Source: Eledone cirrhosa
Lineage: Eukaryota
Direction: 5' to 3'
DNA: 64,000 nucleotides
NCBI GenBank assembly: GCA_964016885.1
Contig: OZ024745.1
Location: 82,770,001 to 82,834,000 of the forward strand
The notes under the pieces are model-generated. The model ran no database searches, was not told the origin of the DNA, and was given only the letters and a program-made list of their open reading frames with translations. This document shows positions 44,301 to 60,300 of this stretch, piece after piece. The stretch's first letter is position 1. The number at the start of each line of letters is the position of its first letter. The position numbers and the translations under genes are program-made.

Positions 44301-47300
44301 TTGTCTTACATAACCCCTTTACCACCATTACAGTGGACAGTGTAGCCTTACATAACCCCTTTACCACCATTACAGTGGACAATGTAGCCTTACATAAACC
44401 CTTTACCACCATTACAGTGGACAATGTAGTCTTACATAACCCCTTTATCACCATTACAGTGGACAATGTAGTCTTACATAACCCCTTTACCACCATTACA
44501 GTGGACAATGTAGTCTTACATAACCCCTTTACCACCATTACAGTGGACAATGTAGTCTTACAGAACCCCTTTACCACCATTACAGTGGACAATGTAGTCT
44601 TACATAACCCCTTTACCACCATTACAGTGGAAAATGTAGTCTTAGATAACCCCTTTACCACCATTACAGTGGACAATTTTGTCTTACATAACCCCTTTAC
44701 CACCATTACAGTGGACAATGTAGTCTTACATAACCCCTTTACCACCATTACAGTGGACAATGTAGTCTTACATAACCCCTTTACCACCATTACAGTGGAC
44801 AATGTAGTCTTATATAACCCCTTTACCACCATTACAGTGGACAATGTAGCCTTACATAACCCCTTTACCACCAATACAGTGGACAATGTAGTCTTACATA
44901 ACCCCTTTACCACCATTACAGTGGACAATGTAGTCTTACATAACCCCTTTACCACCATTACAGTTTACAATGTAGTCTTACATAACCCCTTTACCACCAT
45001 TACAGTTGACAATGTAATCTTACATAACCCCTTTACCACCATTACAGTGGACAGTGTAGCCTTACATAACCCCTTTACCACCATTACAGTGGACAGTGTA
45101 GCCTTACATAACCATCTACCACCATTACAGTGGGTAATGTAGTCTTACATAACCCCTTTACCACCATTACAGTGGACAATGTAGTCTTACATAACCCCTC
45201 TACCACCATTACAGTGGACAATGTCGTCTTACATAACCCCTTTACCACCATTACAGTGGACAATGTAGTCTTACATAACCCCTTTACCACCATTACAGTG
45301 GACAATTTTGTCTTACATAACCCCTTTACCACCATTACAGTGGACAGTGTAGTCTTACATAACCCCTTTACCACCATTACAGTGGACAGTGTAGCCTTAC
45401 ATAACCCCTTTACCACCATTACAGTGGACAATGTAGTCTTACATAACCCCTTTACCACCATTACAGTGGACAATTTTGTCTTACATAACCCCTTTACAAC
45501 CATTACAGTAGACAATGTAGCCTTACATAACCCCTTTACAACCATTACAGTGGACAGTGTAGCCTTACATAACCCCTTTACCACCATTACAGTGGACAAT
45601 GTAGTCTTACATAACCCCTTTACCACCATTACAGTGGACAATGTAGCCATACATAACCCCTTTACCACCATTAGAGTTTACAATGTAGTCTAATATAACC
45701 ACTTTACCACCATTACAGTTGACAATGTAATCTTACGTAACCCCTTTACCACCATTACAGTGGACAGTGTAGCCTTTCATAATCCCTTTACCACCATTAA
45801 AGTAGACAATGTAGTCTTACATAACCCCTCTACCACCATTACAGTGGGTAACGTAGTCTTACATAACCCCTTTACCACCATTAAAGTGGACAATGTAGTC
45901 TTACATAACCCCTTAACCACCATTACAGTGGACAATTTTGTCTTACATAACCCCTTTACCACCATTACAGTGGACAGTGTAGCCTTACATAACCCCTTTA
46001 CCACCATTACAGTGGACAATGTAGCCTTACATAAACCCTTTACCACCATTACAGTGGACAATGTAGTCTTACATAACCCCTTTATCACCATTACAGTGGA
46101 CAATGTAGTCTTACATAACCCCTTTACCACCATTACAGTGGACAATGTAGTCTTACATAACCCCTTTACCACCATTACAGTGGACAATGTAGTCTTACAT
46201 AACCCCTTTACCACCATTACAGTGGACAATGTAGTCTTACATAACCCCTTTACCACCATTACAGTGGAAAATGTAGTCTTAGATAACCCCTTTACCACCA
46301 TTACAGTGGACAATTTTGTCTTACATAACCCCTTTACCACCATTACAGTGGACAATGTAGTCTTACATAACCCCTTTACCACCATTACAGTGGACAATGT
46401 AGTCTTACATAACCCCTTTACCACCATTACAGTGGACAATGTAGTCTTATATAACCCCTTTACCACCATTACAGTGGACAATGTAGCCTTACATAACCCC
46501 TTTACCACCAATACAGTGGACAATGTAGTCTTACATAACCCCTTTACCACCATTACAGTGGACAATGTAGTCTTACATAACCCCTTTACCACCATTACAG
46601 TTTACAATGTAGTCTTACATAACCCCTTTACCACCATTACAGTTGACAATGTAATCTTACATAACCCCTTTACCACCATTACAGTGGACAGTGTAGCCTT
46701 ACATAACCCCTTTACCACCATTACAGTGGACAGTGTAGCCTTACATAACCATCTACCACCATTACAGTGGGTAATGTAGTCTTACATAACCCCTTTACCA
46801 CCATTACAGTGGACAATGTAGTCTTACATAACCCCTCTACCACCATTACAGTGGACAATGTCGTCTTACATAACCCCTTTACCACCATTACAGTGGACAA
46901 CGTAGTCTTACATAACCCCTTTACCACCATTACAGTGGACAATGTAGCCTTACATAACCCCTTTACCACCATTACGGTGGACAGTGTAGCCTTACATAAC
47001 CCCTTTACCACCATTACAGTGGACAATGTAGTCTTACATAACCCCTTTACCACCATTACAGTGGACAATTTTGTCTTACATAACCCCTTTACAACCATTA
47101 CAGTAGACAATGTAGCCTTACATAAACCCTTTACAACCATTACAGTGGACAGTGTAGCCTTACATAACCCCTTTACCACCATTACAGTGGACAATGTAGT
47201 CTTACATAACCCCTTTACCACCATTACAGTGGACAATGTAGCCTTACATAACCCCTTTACCACCATTAGAGTTTACAATGTAGTCTTACATAACCCCTTT

Positions 47301-48463
47301 ACCACCATTACAGTTGACAATGTAATCTTACGTAACCCCTTTACCACCATTACAGTGGACAGTGTAGCCTTACATAATCCCTTTACCACCATTAAAGTAG
47401 ACAATGTATCTTACATAACCCCTCTACCACCATTACAGTGGGTAACGTAGTCTTACATAACCCCTTTACCACCATTAAAGTGGACAATGTAGTCTTACAT
47501 AACCCCTTTACCACCATTACAGTGGACAATGTAGTCTTACATAACCCCTTTACCACCATTACAGTGGACAATGTAGTCTTACATAACCCCTTTACCACCA
47601 TTACAGTGGACAATTTTGTCTTACATACCCCCTTTACCACCATTACAGTGGACAGTGTTGCCTTACATAACCCCTTTTCCACCATTACAGTGGACAATGT
47701 AGTCTTACATAACCACTTTATCACCATTACAGTGGACAATATAGTCTTGCATAACCCCTTTACCACCATTACAGTGGACAATGTAGTCTTACATAACCCC
47801 TTTACCACCATTACAGTGGACAATGTAGTCTTACATAACCCCTTTACCACCATTACAGTGGACAATGTAGTCTTACATAACCCCTTTACCACCATTACAG
47901 TGGACAATGTAGTCTTACATAACCCCTTTATCACCATTACGGTGGACAATGTAGTCTTACAGAACCCCTTTACCACCATTACAGTGGACAATGTAGTTTT
48001 ACATAACCCCTTTACCACCATTACAGTGGACAATGTAGTCTTACATAACCCCTTTACCACCATTACAGTGGACAATTTTGTCTTACATAACCCCTTTACC
48101 ACCATTACAGTGGACAGTGTAGTCTTACATAACCCCTTTACCACCATTACAGTGGACAGTGTAGCCTTACATAACCCCTTTACCACCATTACAGTGGACA
48201 ATGTAGTCTTACATAACCCCTTTACCACCATTACAGTGGACAATTTTGTCTTACATAACCCCTTTACAACCATTACAGTAGACAATGTAGCCTTACATAA
48301 CCCCTTTACAACCATTACAGTGGACAGTGTAGCCTTACATAACCCCTTTACCACCATTACAGTGGACAATGTAGTCTTACATAACCCCTTTACCACCATT
48401 ACAGTGGACAATGTAGCCATACATAACCCCTTTACCACCATTAGAGTTTACAATGTAGTCTAA
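41370..48463. repeat. Three copies of a shorter higher-order unit (2687, 1637 and 2770 bp), the middle copy internally deleted
   Basis: Landmark stop monomers end at 41369, 44056, 45693 and 48463. ORFs at 41436, 44123 and 45760 begin with the same variant series and end at the same AACCATCTACC deletion. Confidence 0.88.
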
Positions 48464-51359
48464 TATAACCACTTTACCACCATTACAGTTGACAATGTAA
48501 TCTTACGTAACCCCTTTACCACCATTACAGTGGACAGTGTAGCCTTTCATAATCCCTTTACCACCATTAAAGTAGACAATGTAGTCTTACATAACCCCTC
48601 TACCACCATTACAGTGGGTAACGTAGTCTTACATAACCCCTTTACCACCATTAAAGTGGACAATGTAGTCTTACATAACCCCTTAACCACCATTACAGTG
48701 GACAATTTTGTCTTACATAACCCCTTTACCACCATTACAGTGGACAGTGTAGCCTTACATAACCCCTTTACCACCATTACAGTGGACAATGTAGCCTTAC
48801 ATAAACCCTTTACCACCATTACAGTTGACAATGTAGTCTTACATAACGCCTTTACCACCATTACAGTGGACAATGTAGTCTTACATAACCCCTTTATCAC
48901 CATTACAGTGGACAATGTAGTCTTACATAACCCCTTTACCACCATTACAGTGGACAATGTAGTCTTACATAACCCCTTTACCACCATTACAGTGGACAAT
49001 GTAGTCTTACATAACCCCTTTACCACCATTACAGTGGACAATGTAGTCTTACATAACCCCTTTACCACCATTACAGTGGACAATGTAGTCTTATATAACC
49101 CCTTTACCACCATTACAGTGGACAATGTAGCCTTACATAACCCCTTTACCACCAATACAGTGGACAATGTAGTCTTACATAACCCCTTTACCACCATTAC
49201 AGTGGACAATTTTGTCTTACATAACCCCTTTACAACCATTAAAGTAGACAATGTAGCCTTACATAACCTCTTTACAACCATTACAGTGGACAGTGTAGCC
49301 TTACATAACCCCTTTACCACCATTACAGTGGACAATGTAGTCTTACATAACCCCTTTACCACCATTACAGTGGATAATGTAGTCTTACATAACCCCTTTA
49401 CCACCATTACAGTGGACAATTTTGTCTTACATAACCCCTTTACAACCATTACAGTAGACAATGTAGCCTTACATAACCCCTTTACAACCATTACAGTGGA
49501 CAGTGTAGCCTTACATAACCCCTTTACCACCATTACAGTGGACAATGTAGTCTTACATAACCCCTTTACCACCATTACAGTGGACAGTGTGGCCTTTCAT
49601 AACCCCTTTACCACCATTGCAGTGGACAGTGTAGCCTTACATAACCCCTTTACCACCATTACAGTGGACAATGTAGTCTTAGATAACCCCTTTACCACCA
49701 TTACAGTGGACAATGTAGTCTTACATAACCCCTTTACCACCATTACAGTGGACAATGTAGTCTTACATAACCCCTTTACCACCATTACAGTGGACAGTGT
49801 AGCCTTACATAACCCCTTTACCACCATTACAGTGGACAATGTAGTCTTACATAACCCCTTTACCACAATTACAGTGGACAATGTAGCCTTACATAACCCC
49901 TTTACCACCATTACAGTGGACAGTGTAGCCTTACATAACGCCTTTACCACCATTACAGTGGACAATGTAGTCTTACATAACCCCTTTACCACCATTACAG
50001 TTGACAATGTAGTCTTACATTACCCCTTTACCACCATTACAGTTGACAATGTAATCTTACATAACCCCTTTACCACCATTACAGTGGACAGTGTAGCCTT
50101 ACATAACCCCTTTACCACCATTACAGTGGACAGTGTAGCCTTACATAACCCCTCTACCACCATTACAGTGGGTAATGTAGTCTTACATAACCCCTTTACC
50201 ACCATTACAGTGGACAATGTAGTCTTACATAACCCCTCTACCACCATTACAGTGGACAATGTTGTCTTACATAACCCCTTTACCACCATTACAGTGGCCA
50301 ATGTAGTCTTACATTACCCCTTTACCACCATTACAGTGGACAATGTAGCCTTATATAACCCCTTTACAACCATTAGAGTGGACAGTGTAGCCTTACATAA
50401 CCCCTTTACCACCATTACAGTGGACAATGTGGTCTTACATAACCCCTTTACCACCATTACAGTTGACAATGTAGTCTTACATAACCCCTTTACCACCATT
50501 ACAGTTGACAATGTAATCTTACATAACCCCTTTACCACCATTACAGTGGACAGTGTAGCCTTACATAACCCCTTTACCAGCATTACAGTGGACAGTGTAG
50601 CCTTACATAACCCCTCTACCACCATTACAGTGGGTAATGTAGTCTTACATAACCCCTTTACCACCATTAAAGTGGACAATGTAGTCTTACATAACCCCTT
50701 AACCACCATTACAGTGGACAATTTTGTCTTACATAACCCCTTTACCACCATTACAGTGGACAGTGTAGCCTTACATAACCCCTTTACCACCATTACAGTG
50801 GACAATGTAGCCTTACATAACCCCTTTACCACCATTACAGTTGACAATGTAGTCTTACATAACCCCTTTACCACCATTACAGTGGACAATGTAGTCTTAC
50901 ATAACCCATTTACCACCATTACAGTGGACAATGTAGTCTTACATAACCCCTTTACCACCATTACAGTGGACAATGTAGTCTTACATAACCCCTTTATCAC
51001 CATTACAGTGGACAATATAGTCTTACATAACCCCTTTACCACCATTACAGTGGACAATGTAGTCTTACATAACCCCTTTACCACCATTACAGTGGACAAT
51101 GTAGACTTACATAACCCCTTTACCACCATTACAATGGACAATGTAGTCTTACATAACCCCTTTACCACCATTACAGTTGACAATGTAGTCTTACATAACC
51201 CCTTTACCACCATTACAGTGGACAATGTAGTCTTACATATTCCCTTTACCACCATTACAGTGGACAATTTTGTCTTACATAACCCCATTACAACCATTAC
51301 AGTAGACAATGTAGCCTTACATAACCCCTTTACAACCATTACAGTGGACAGTGTAGCCT

Positions 51360-54300
51360 TACATAACCCCTTTACCACCATTACAGTGGACAATGTAGTC
51401 TTACATAACCCCTTTACCACCATTACAGTGGACAATGTAGCCTTACATAACCCCTTTACCACCATTACAGTGGACAGTGTAGCCTTACATAACCCCTTTA
51501 CCACCATTACAGTGGACAATGTAGTCTTACATAACCCCTTTACCACCATTACAGTTGACAATGTAGTCTTACATAACCCCTTTACCACCATTACAGTTGA
51601 CAATGTAATCTTACATAACCCCTTTACCACCATTACAGTGGACAGTGTAGCCTTACATAACCCCTCTACCACCATTACAATGGGTAATGTAGTCTTACAT
51701 AACCCCTTTACCACCATTACAGTGGACAATGTAGTCTTACATAACCCCTTTACCACCATTACAGTGGACAATGTAGCCTTACATAACCCCTTTACAACCA
51801 TTACAGTGGACAGTGTAGCCTTACATAACCCCTTTACCACCATTACAGTGGACAATGTAGTCTTACATAACCCCTTAACCACCATTACAGTTGACAATGT
51901 AGTCTTACATAACCCCTTCACCACCATTACAGTGGACAGTGTAGCCTTACATAACCCCTTTACCACCATTACAGTGGACAGTGTAGCCTTACATAACCCC
52001 TTTACCACCATTACAGTGGACAATGTAGTCTTACATAACCCCTTTACCACCATTACAGTGGACAATGTAGCCTTACATAACCCCTTTACAACCATTACAG
52101 TGGACAGTGTAGCCTTACATAACCCCTTTACCACCATTACAGTGAACAATGTAGTCTTACATAACCCCTTTACCACCATTACAGTTGACAATGTAGTCTT
52201 ACATAACCCCTTTACCACCATTACAGTTGACAATGTAATCTTACATAACCCCTTTACCACCATTACAGTGGACAGTGTAGCCTTACATAACCCCTTTACC
52301 ACCATTACAGTGGACAGTGTAGCCTTACATAACCATCTACCACCATTACAGTGGGTAATGTAGTCTTACATAACCCCTTTACCACCATTACAGTGGACAA
52401 TGTAGTCTTACATAACCCCTCTACCACCATTACAGTGGACAATGTCGTCTTACATAACCCCTTTACCACCATTACAGTGGACAACGTAGTCTTACATAAC
52501 CCCTTTACCACCATTACAGTGGCCAATGTAGCCTTACATAACCCCTTTACCACCATTACGGTGGACGGTGTAGCCTTACATAACCCCTTTACCACCATTA
52601 CAGTGGACAATGTAGTCTTACATAACCCCTTTACCACCATTAAAGTGGACAATGTAGTCTTACATAACCCCTTTACCACCATTACAGTGGACAATGTAGT
52701 CTTACATAACCCCTTTACCACCATTACAGTGGACAATGTAGCCTTACATAACCCCTTTACCACCATTAGAGTTTACAATGTAGTCTTACATAACCCCTTT
52801 ACCACCATTACAGTTGACAATGTAATCTTACATAACCCCTCTACCACCATTACAGTGGCCAGTGTAGCCTTACATAACCCCTTTACCACCATTACATTGG
52901 ACAATGTAGCCTTACATAACCCCTTTACCACCATTACAGTTGACAATGTAGTCTTACATAAGCCCTTTACCACCATTACAGTGGGAAATGTAGTCTTACA
53001 TAACCCCTTTACCACCATTACAGTGGACAATGTATTCTTACATAACCCCTTTACCACCATTACAGTGGACAATGTAGTCTTACATAACCCCTTTATCACC
53101 ATTACAGTGGACAATGTAGTCTTACATAACCCCTTTACCACCATTACAGTGGACAATGTAGTCTTACATAACCGCTTTACCACCATTACAGTGGACAATG
53201 TAGTCTTACATAACCCCTTTACCACCATTACAGTGGACAATGTAGTCTTACATAACCCCTTTACCACCATTACAGTGGAAAATGTAGTCTTAGATAACCC
53301 CTTTACCACCATTACAGTGGACAATGTAGCCTTACATAACCCCTTTACCACCATTACAGTGGACAATGTAGTCTTACCTAACCCCTTTACCACCATTACA
53401 GTGGACAATTATGTCTTACATAGTCCCTTTACCACCATTACAGTGCACAGTGTAGCCTTACATAACCCCTTTACCACCATTACAGTGGACAGTGTAGCCT
53501 TACATAACCCCTTTACCACCATTACAGTGGACAATGTAGTCTTACATACCCCCTTTAACACCATTACAGTGGACAATTTTGTCTTACATAACCCCTTTAC
53601 CACCATTACAGTGGACAATGTAGTCTTACATAACCCCTTTACCACCATTACAGTGGACAATGTAGTCTTATATAACCCCTTTACCACCATTACAGTGGAC
53701 AATGTAGCCTTACATAACCCCTTTACCACCAATACAGTGGACAATGCAGTCTTACATAACCCCTTTACCACCATTACAGTGCACAGTGTAGCCTTACATA
53801 ACCCCTTTACCACCATTACAGTGGACAATTTTGTCTTACATAACCCCTTTACCACCATTACAGTGCACAGTGTAGCCTTACATAACCCCTTTACCACCAT
53901 TACAGTGGACAGTGTAGCCTTACATAACCCCTTTACCACCATTACAGTGGACAGTGTAGCCTTACATAACCCCTTTACCACCATTACAGTGGACAATGTA
54001 GTCTTATATAACCCCTTTACCACCATTACAGTGGACAATGTAGCCTTACATAACCCCTTTACCACCAATACAGTGGACAATGCAGTCTTACATAACCCCT
54101 TTACCACCATTACAGTGGACAGTGTAACCTTACATAATCCCTTTACCACCATTACAGTGGACAATGTAGTCTTACATAACCCCTTTACCACCATTACAGT
54201 GGACAATTTTGTCTTACATAACCCCTTTACCACCATTACAGTGCACAGTGTAGCCTTACATAACCCCTTTACCTCCATTACAGTGGACAGTGTAGCCTTA

Positions 54301-57300
54301 CATAACCCCTTTACCACCATTACAGTGGACAATGTAGTCTTACATACCCCCTTTACCACCATTACAGTGGACAATTTTGTCTTACATAACCCCTTTACCA
54401 CCATTACAGTGCACAGTGTAGCCTTACATAACCCCTTTACCACCATTACAGTGGACAGTGTAGCCTTACATAACCCCTTTACCACCATTACAGTGGACAA
54501 TGTAGTCTTACATAACCCCTTTACCACCATTACAGTGGACAATTTTGTCTTACATAACCCCTTTACAACCATTACAGTAGACAATGTAGCCTTACATAAC
54601 CCCTTTACAACCATTACAGTGGACAGTGTAGCCTTACATAACCCCTTTACCACCATTAGAGTGGACAATGTAGTCTTACATAACCCCTTTACCACCATTA
54701 CAGTGGACAATGTAGCCATACATAACCCCTTTACCACCATTACAGTGGACAGTGTAGCCTTACATAACCCCTTTACCACCATTACAGTGGACAATGTAGT
54801 CTTACATAATCCCTTTACCACCATTACAGTTGACAATGTAGTCTTACATAACCCCTTTACCACCATTACAGTTGACAATGTAATCTTACATAACCCCTTT
54901 ACCACCATTACAGTGGACAGTGTAGCCTTACATAACCCCTTTACCACCATTACAGTTGACAGTGTAGCCTTACATAACGCCTCTACCACCATTACAGTGG
55001 GTAATGTAGTCTTACATAACCCCTTTACCACCATTACAGGGGACAATGTAGTCTTACATAACCCCTCTACCACCATTACAGTGGACAATGTAGTCTTACA
55101 TAACCCCTTTACCACCATTACAGTTGACAATGTAGTCTTACATAACCCCTTTACCACCATTACAGTGGACAATGTAGCCTTACATAAACCCTTTACAACC
55201 ATTACAGTGGACAGTGTAGCCTTACATAACCCCTTTACCACCATTACAGTGGACACTGTAGTGTTACATAACACCTTTACCACCATTACAGTTGACAATG
55301 TAGTCTTACATAACCCCTTTACCACCATTACAGTGGACAGTGTAGCCTTACATAACCCCTTTACCACCATTACAGTGGACAGTGTAGCCTTACATAACCC
55401 CTTTACCACCATTACAGTGGACAATGTAGTCTTACATAACCCCTTTACCACCATTACAGTGGACAATGTAGTCTTACATAACCCCTTTACCACCATTACA
55501 GTGGACAATGTAGTCTTACATAACCCCTTTACCACCATTACAGTTGACAATGTAGTCTTACATAACTCCTTTACCACCATTTCAGTTGACAATGTAATCT
55601 TACATAACCCCTTTACCACCATTACAGTGGACAGTGTAGCCTTACATAACCCCTTTACCACCATTACAGTGGACAGTGTAGCCTTACATAACCCCTTTAC
55701 CACCATTACAGTGGACAATGTAGTCTTACATAACCCCTTTACCACCATTACAGTGGACAATGTAGCCTTACATAACCCCTTTACCACCATTAGAGTGGAC
55801 AGTGTAGCCTTACATAACCCCTTTACCACCATTACAGTGGACAATGTAGTCTTACATAACCCCTTTACCACCATTACAGTTGACAATGTAGTCTTACATA
55901 ACCCCTTTACCACCATTACAGTTGACAATGTAATCTTACATAACCCCTTTACCACCATTACAGTGGACAGTGTAGCCTTACATAACCCCTCTACCACCAT
56001 TACAATGGGTAATGTAGTCTTACATAACCCCTTTACCACCATTACAGTGGACAATGTAGTCTTACATAACCCCTTTACCACCATTACAGTGGACAATGTA
56101 GCCTTACATAACCCCTTTACAACCATTACAGTGGACAGTGTAGCCTTACATAACCCCTTTACCACCATTACAGTGGACAATGTAGTCTTACATAACCCCT
56201 TAACCACCATTACAGTTGACAATGTAGTCTTACATAACCCCTTCACCACCATTACAGTGGACAGTGTAGCCTTACATAACCCCTTTACCACCATTACAGT
56301 GGACAGTGTAGCCTTACATAACCCCTTTACCACCATTACAGTGGACAATGTAGTCTTACATAACCCCTTTACCACCATTACAGTGGACAATGTAGCCTTA
56401 CATAACCCCTTTACAACCATTACAGTGGACAGTGTAGCCTTACATAACCCCTTTACCACCATTACAGTGAACAATGTAGTCTTACATAACCCCTTTACCA
56501 CCATTACAGTTGACAATGTAGTCTTACATAACCCCTTTACCACCATTACAGTTGACAATGTAATCTTACATAACCCCTTTACCACCATTACAGTGGACAG
56601 TGTAGCCTTACATAACCCCTTTACCACCATTACAGTGGACAGTGTAGCCTTACATAACCATCTACCACCATTACAGTGGGTAATGTAGTCTTACATAACC
56701 CCTTTACCACCATTACAGTGGACAATGTAGTCTTACATAACCCCTCTACCACCATTACAGTGGACAATGTCGTCTTACATAACCCCTTTACCACCATTAC
56801 AGTGGACAACGTAGTCTTACATAACCCCTTTACCACCATTACAGTGGCCAATGTAGCCTTACATAACCCCTTTACCACCATTACGGTGGACGGTGTAGCC
56901 TTACATAACCCCTTTACCACCATTACAGTGGACAATGTAGTCTTACATAACCCCTTTACCACCATTAAAGTGGACAATGTAGTCTTACATAACCCCTTTA
57001 CCACCATTACAGTGGACAATGTAGTCTTACATAACCCCTTTACCACCATTACAGTGGACAATGTAGCCTTACATAACCCCTTTACCACCATTAGAGTTTA
57101 CAATGTAGTCTTACATAACCCCTTTACCACCATTACAGTTGACAATGTAATCTTACATAACCCCTCTACCACCATTACAGTGGCCAGTGTAGCCTTACAT
57201 AACCCCTTTACCACCATTACATTGGACAATGTAGCCTTACATAACCCCTTTACCACCATTACAGTTGACAATGTAGTCTTACATAAGCCCTTTACCACCA

Positions 57301-60300
57301 TTACAGTGGGAAATGTAGTCTTACATAACCCCTTTACCACCATTACAGTGGACAATGTAGTCTTACATAACCCCTTTACCACCATTACAGTGGACAATGT
57401 AGTCTTACATAACCCCTTTATCACCATTACAGTGGACAATGTAGTCTTACATAACCCCTTTACCACCATTACAGTGGACAATGTAGTCTTACATAACCGC
57501 TTTACCACCATTACAGTGGACAATGTAGTCTTACATAACCCCTTTACCACCATTACAGTGGACAATGTAGTCTTACATAACCCCTTTACCACCATTACAG
57601 TGGAAAATGTAGTCTTAGATAACCCCTTTACCACCATTACAGTGGACAATGTAGCCTTACATAACCCCTTTACCACCATTACAGTGGACAATGTAGTCTT
57701 ACCTAACCCCTTTACCACCATTACAGTGGACAATTATGTCTTACATAGTCCCTTTACCACCATTACAGTGCACAGTGTAGCCTTACATAACCCCTTTACC
57801 ACCATTACAGTGGACAGTGTAGCCTTACATAACCCCTTTACCACCATTACAGTGGACAATGTAGTCTTACATACCCCCTTTACCACCATTACAGTGGACA
57901 ATTTTGTCTTACATAACCCCTTTACCACCATTACAGTGGACAATGTAGTCTTACATAACCCCTTTACCACCATTACAGTGGACAATGTAGTCTTATATAA
58001 CCCCTTTACCACCATTACAGTGGACAATGTAGCCTTACATAACCCCTTTACCACCAATACAGTGGACAATGCAGTCTTACATAACCCCTTTACCACCATT
58101 ACAGTGCACAGTGTAGCCTTACATAACCCCTTTACCACCATTACAGTGGACAATTTTGTCTTACATAACCCCTTTACCACCATTACAGTGCACAGTGTAG
58201 CCTTACATAACCCCTTTACCACCATTACAGTGGACAGTGTAGCCTTACATAACCCCTTTACCACCATTACAGTGGACAATGTAGTCTTACATAACCCCTT
58301 TACCACCATTACAGTGGACAATTTTGTCTTACATAACCCCTTTACCACCATTACAGTGCACAGTGTAGCCTTACATAACCCCTTTACCACCATTACAGTG
58401 GACAGTGTAGCCTTACATAACCCCTTTACCACCATTACAGTGGACAATGTAGTCTTACATACCCCCTTTACCACCATTACAGTGGACAATTTTGTCTTAC
58501 ATAACCCCTTTACCACCATTACAGTGCACAGTGTAGCCTTACATAACCCCTTTACCACCATTACAGTGGACAGTGTAGCCTTACATAACCCCTTTACCAC
58601 CATTACAGTGGACAATGTAGTCTTACATAACCCCTTTACCACCATTACAGTGGACAATTTTGTCTTACATAACCCCTTTACAACCATTACAGTAGACAAT
58701 GTAGCCTTACATAACCCCTTTACAACCATTACAGTGGACAGTGTAGCCTTACATAACCCCTTTACCACCATTAGAGTGGACAATGTAGTCTTACATAACC
58801 CCTTTACCACCATTACAGTGGACAATGTAGCCATACATAACCCCTTTACCACCATTACAGTGGACAGTGTAGCCTTACATAACCCCTTTACCACCATTAC
58901 AGTGGACAATGTAGTCTTACATAATCCCTTTACCACCATTACAGTTGACAATGTAGTCTTACATAACCCCTTTACCACCATTACAGTTGACAATGTAATC
59001 TTACATAACCCCTTTACCACCATTACAGTGGACAGTGTAGCCTTACATAACCCCTTTACCACCATTACAGTTGACAGTGTAGCCTTACATAACGCCTCTA
59101 CCACCATTACAGTGGGTAATGTAGTCTTACATAACCCCTTTACCACCATTACAGTGGACAATGTAGTCTTACATAACCCCTCTACCACCATTACAGTGGA
59201 CAATGTAGTCTTACATAACCCCTTTACCACCATTACAGTTGACAATGTAGTCTTACATAACCCCTTTACCACCATTACAGTGGACAATGTAGCCTTACAT
59301 AAACCCTTTACAACCATTACAGTGGACAGTGTAGCCTTACATAACCCCTTTACCACCATTACAGTGGACACTGTAGTGTTACATAACACCTTTACCACCA
59401 TTACAGTTGACAATGTAGTCTTACATAACCCCTTTACCACCATTACAGTGGACAGTGTAGCCTTACATAACCCCTTTACCACCATTACAGTGGACAGTGT
59501 AGCCTTACATAACCCCTTTACCACCATTACAGTGGACAATGTAGTCTTACATAACCCCTTTACCACCATTACAGTGGACAATGTAGTCTTACATAACCCC
59601 TTTACCACCATTACAGTGGACAATGTAGTCTTACATAACCCCTTTACCACCATTACAGTTGACAATGTAGTCTTACATAACCCCTTTACCACCATTTCAG
59701 TTGACAATGTAATCTTACATAACCCCTTTACCACCATTACAGTGGACAGTGTAGCCTTACATAACCCCTTTACCACCATTACAGTGGACAGTGTAGCCTT
59801 ACATAACCCCTCTACCACCATTACAGTGGGTAATGTAGTCTTACATAACCCCTTTACCACCATTACAGTGGACACTGTATTCTTACATAACCCCTCTACC
59901 ACCATTACAGTGGACAATGTTGTCTTACATAACCCCTTTACCACCATTACAGTGGACAATGTAGTCTTACATTACCCCTTTACCACCATTACAGTAGACA
60001 ATGTAGCCTTACATAACCCCTTTACAACCATTACAGTGGACAGTGTAGCCTTACATAACCCCTTTACCACGATTACAGTGGACAATGTGGTCTTACATAA
60101 CCACTTTACCACGATTACAGTGGACAATGTGGTCTTACATAACCCCTTTACCACCATTACAGTTGACAATGTAGTCTTACATAACCCCTTTACCACCATT
60201 ACAGTGGAAAATGTAGTCTTACATAACCCCTTTACCACCATTACAGTGGACAATGTAGCCTTACATAACCCCTTTACAACCATTACAGTGGACAGTGTAG

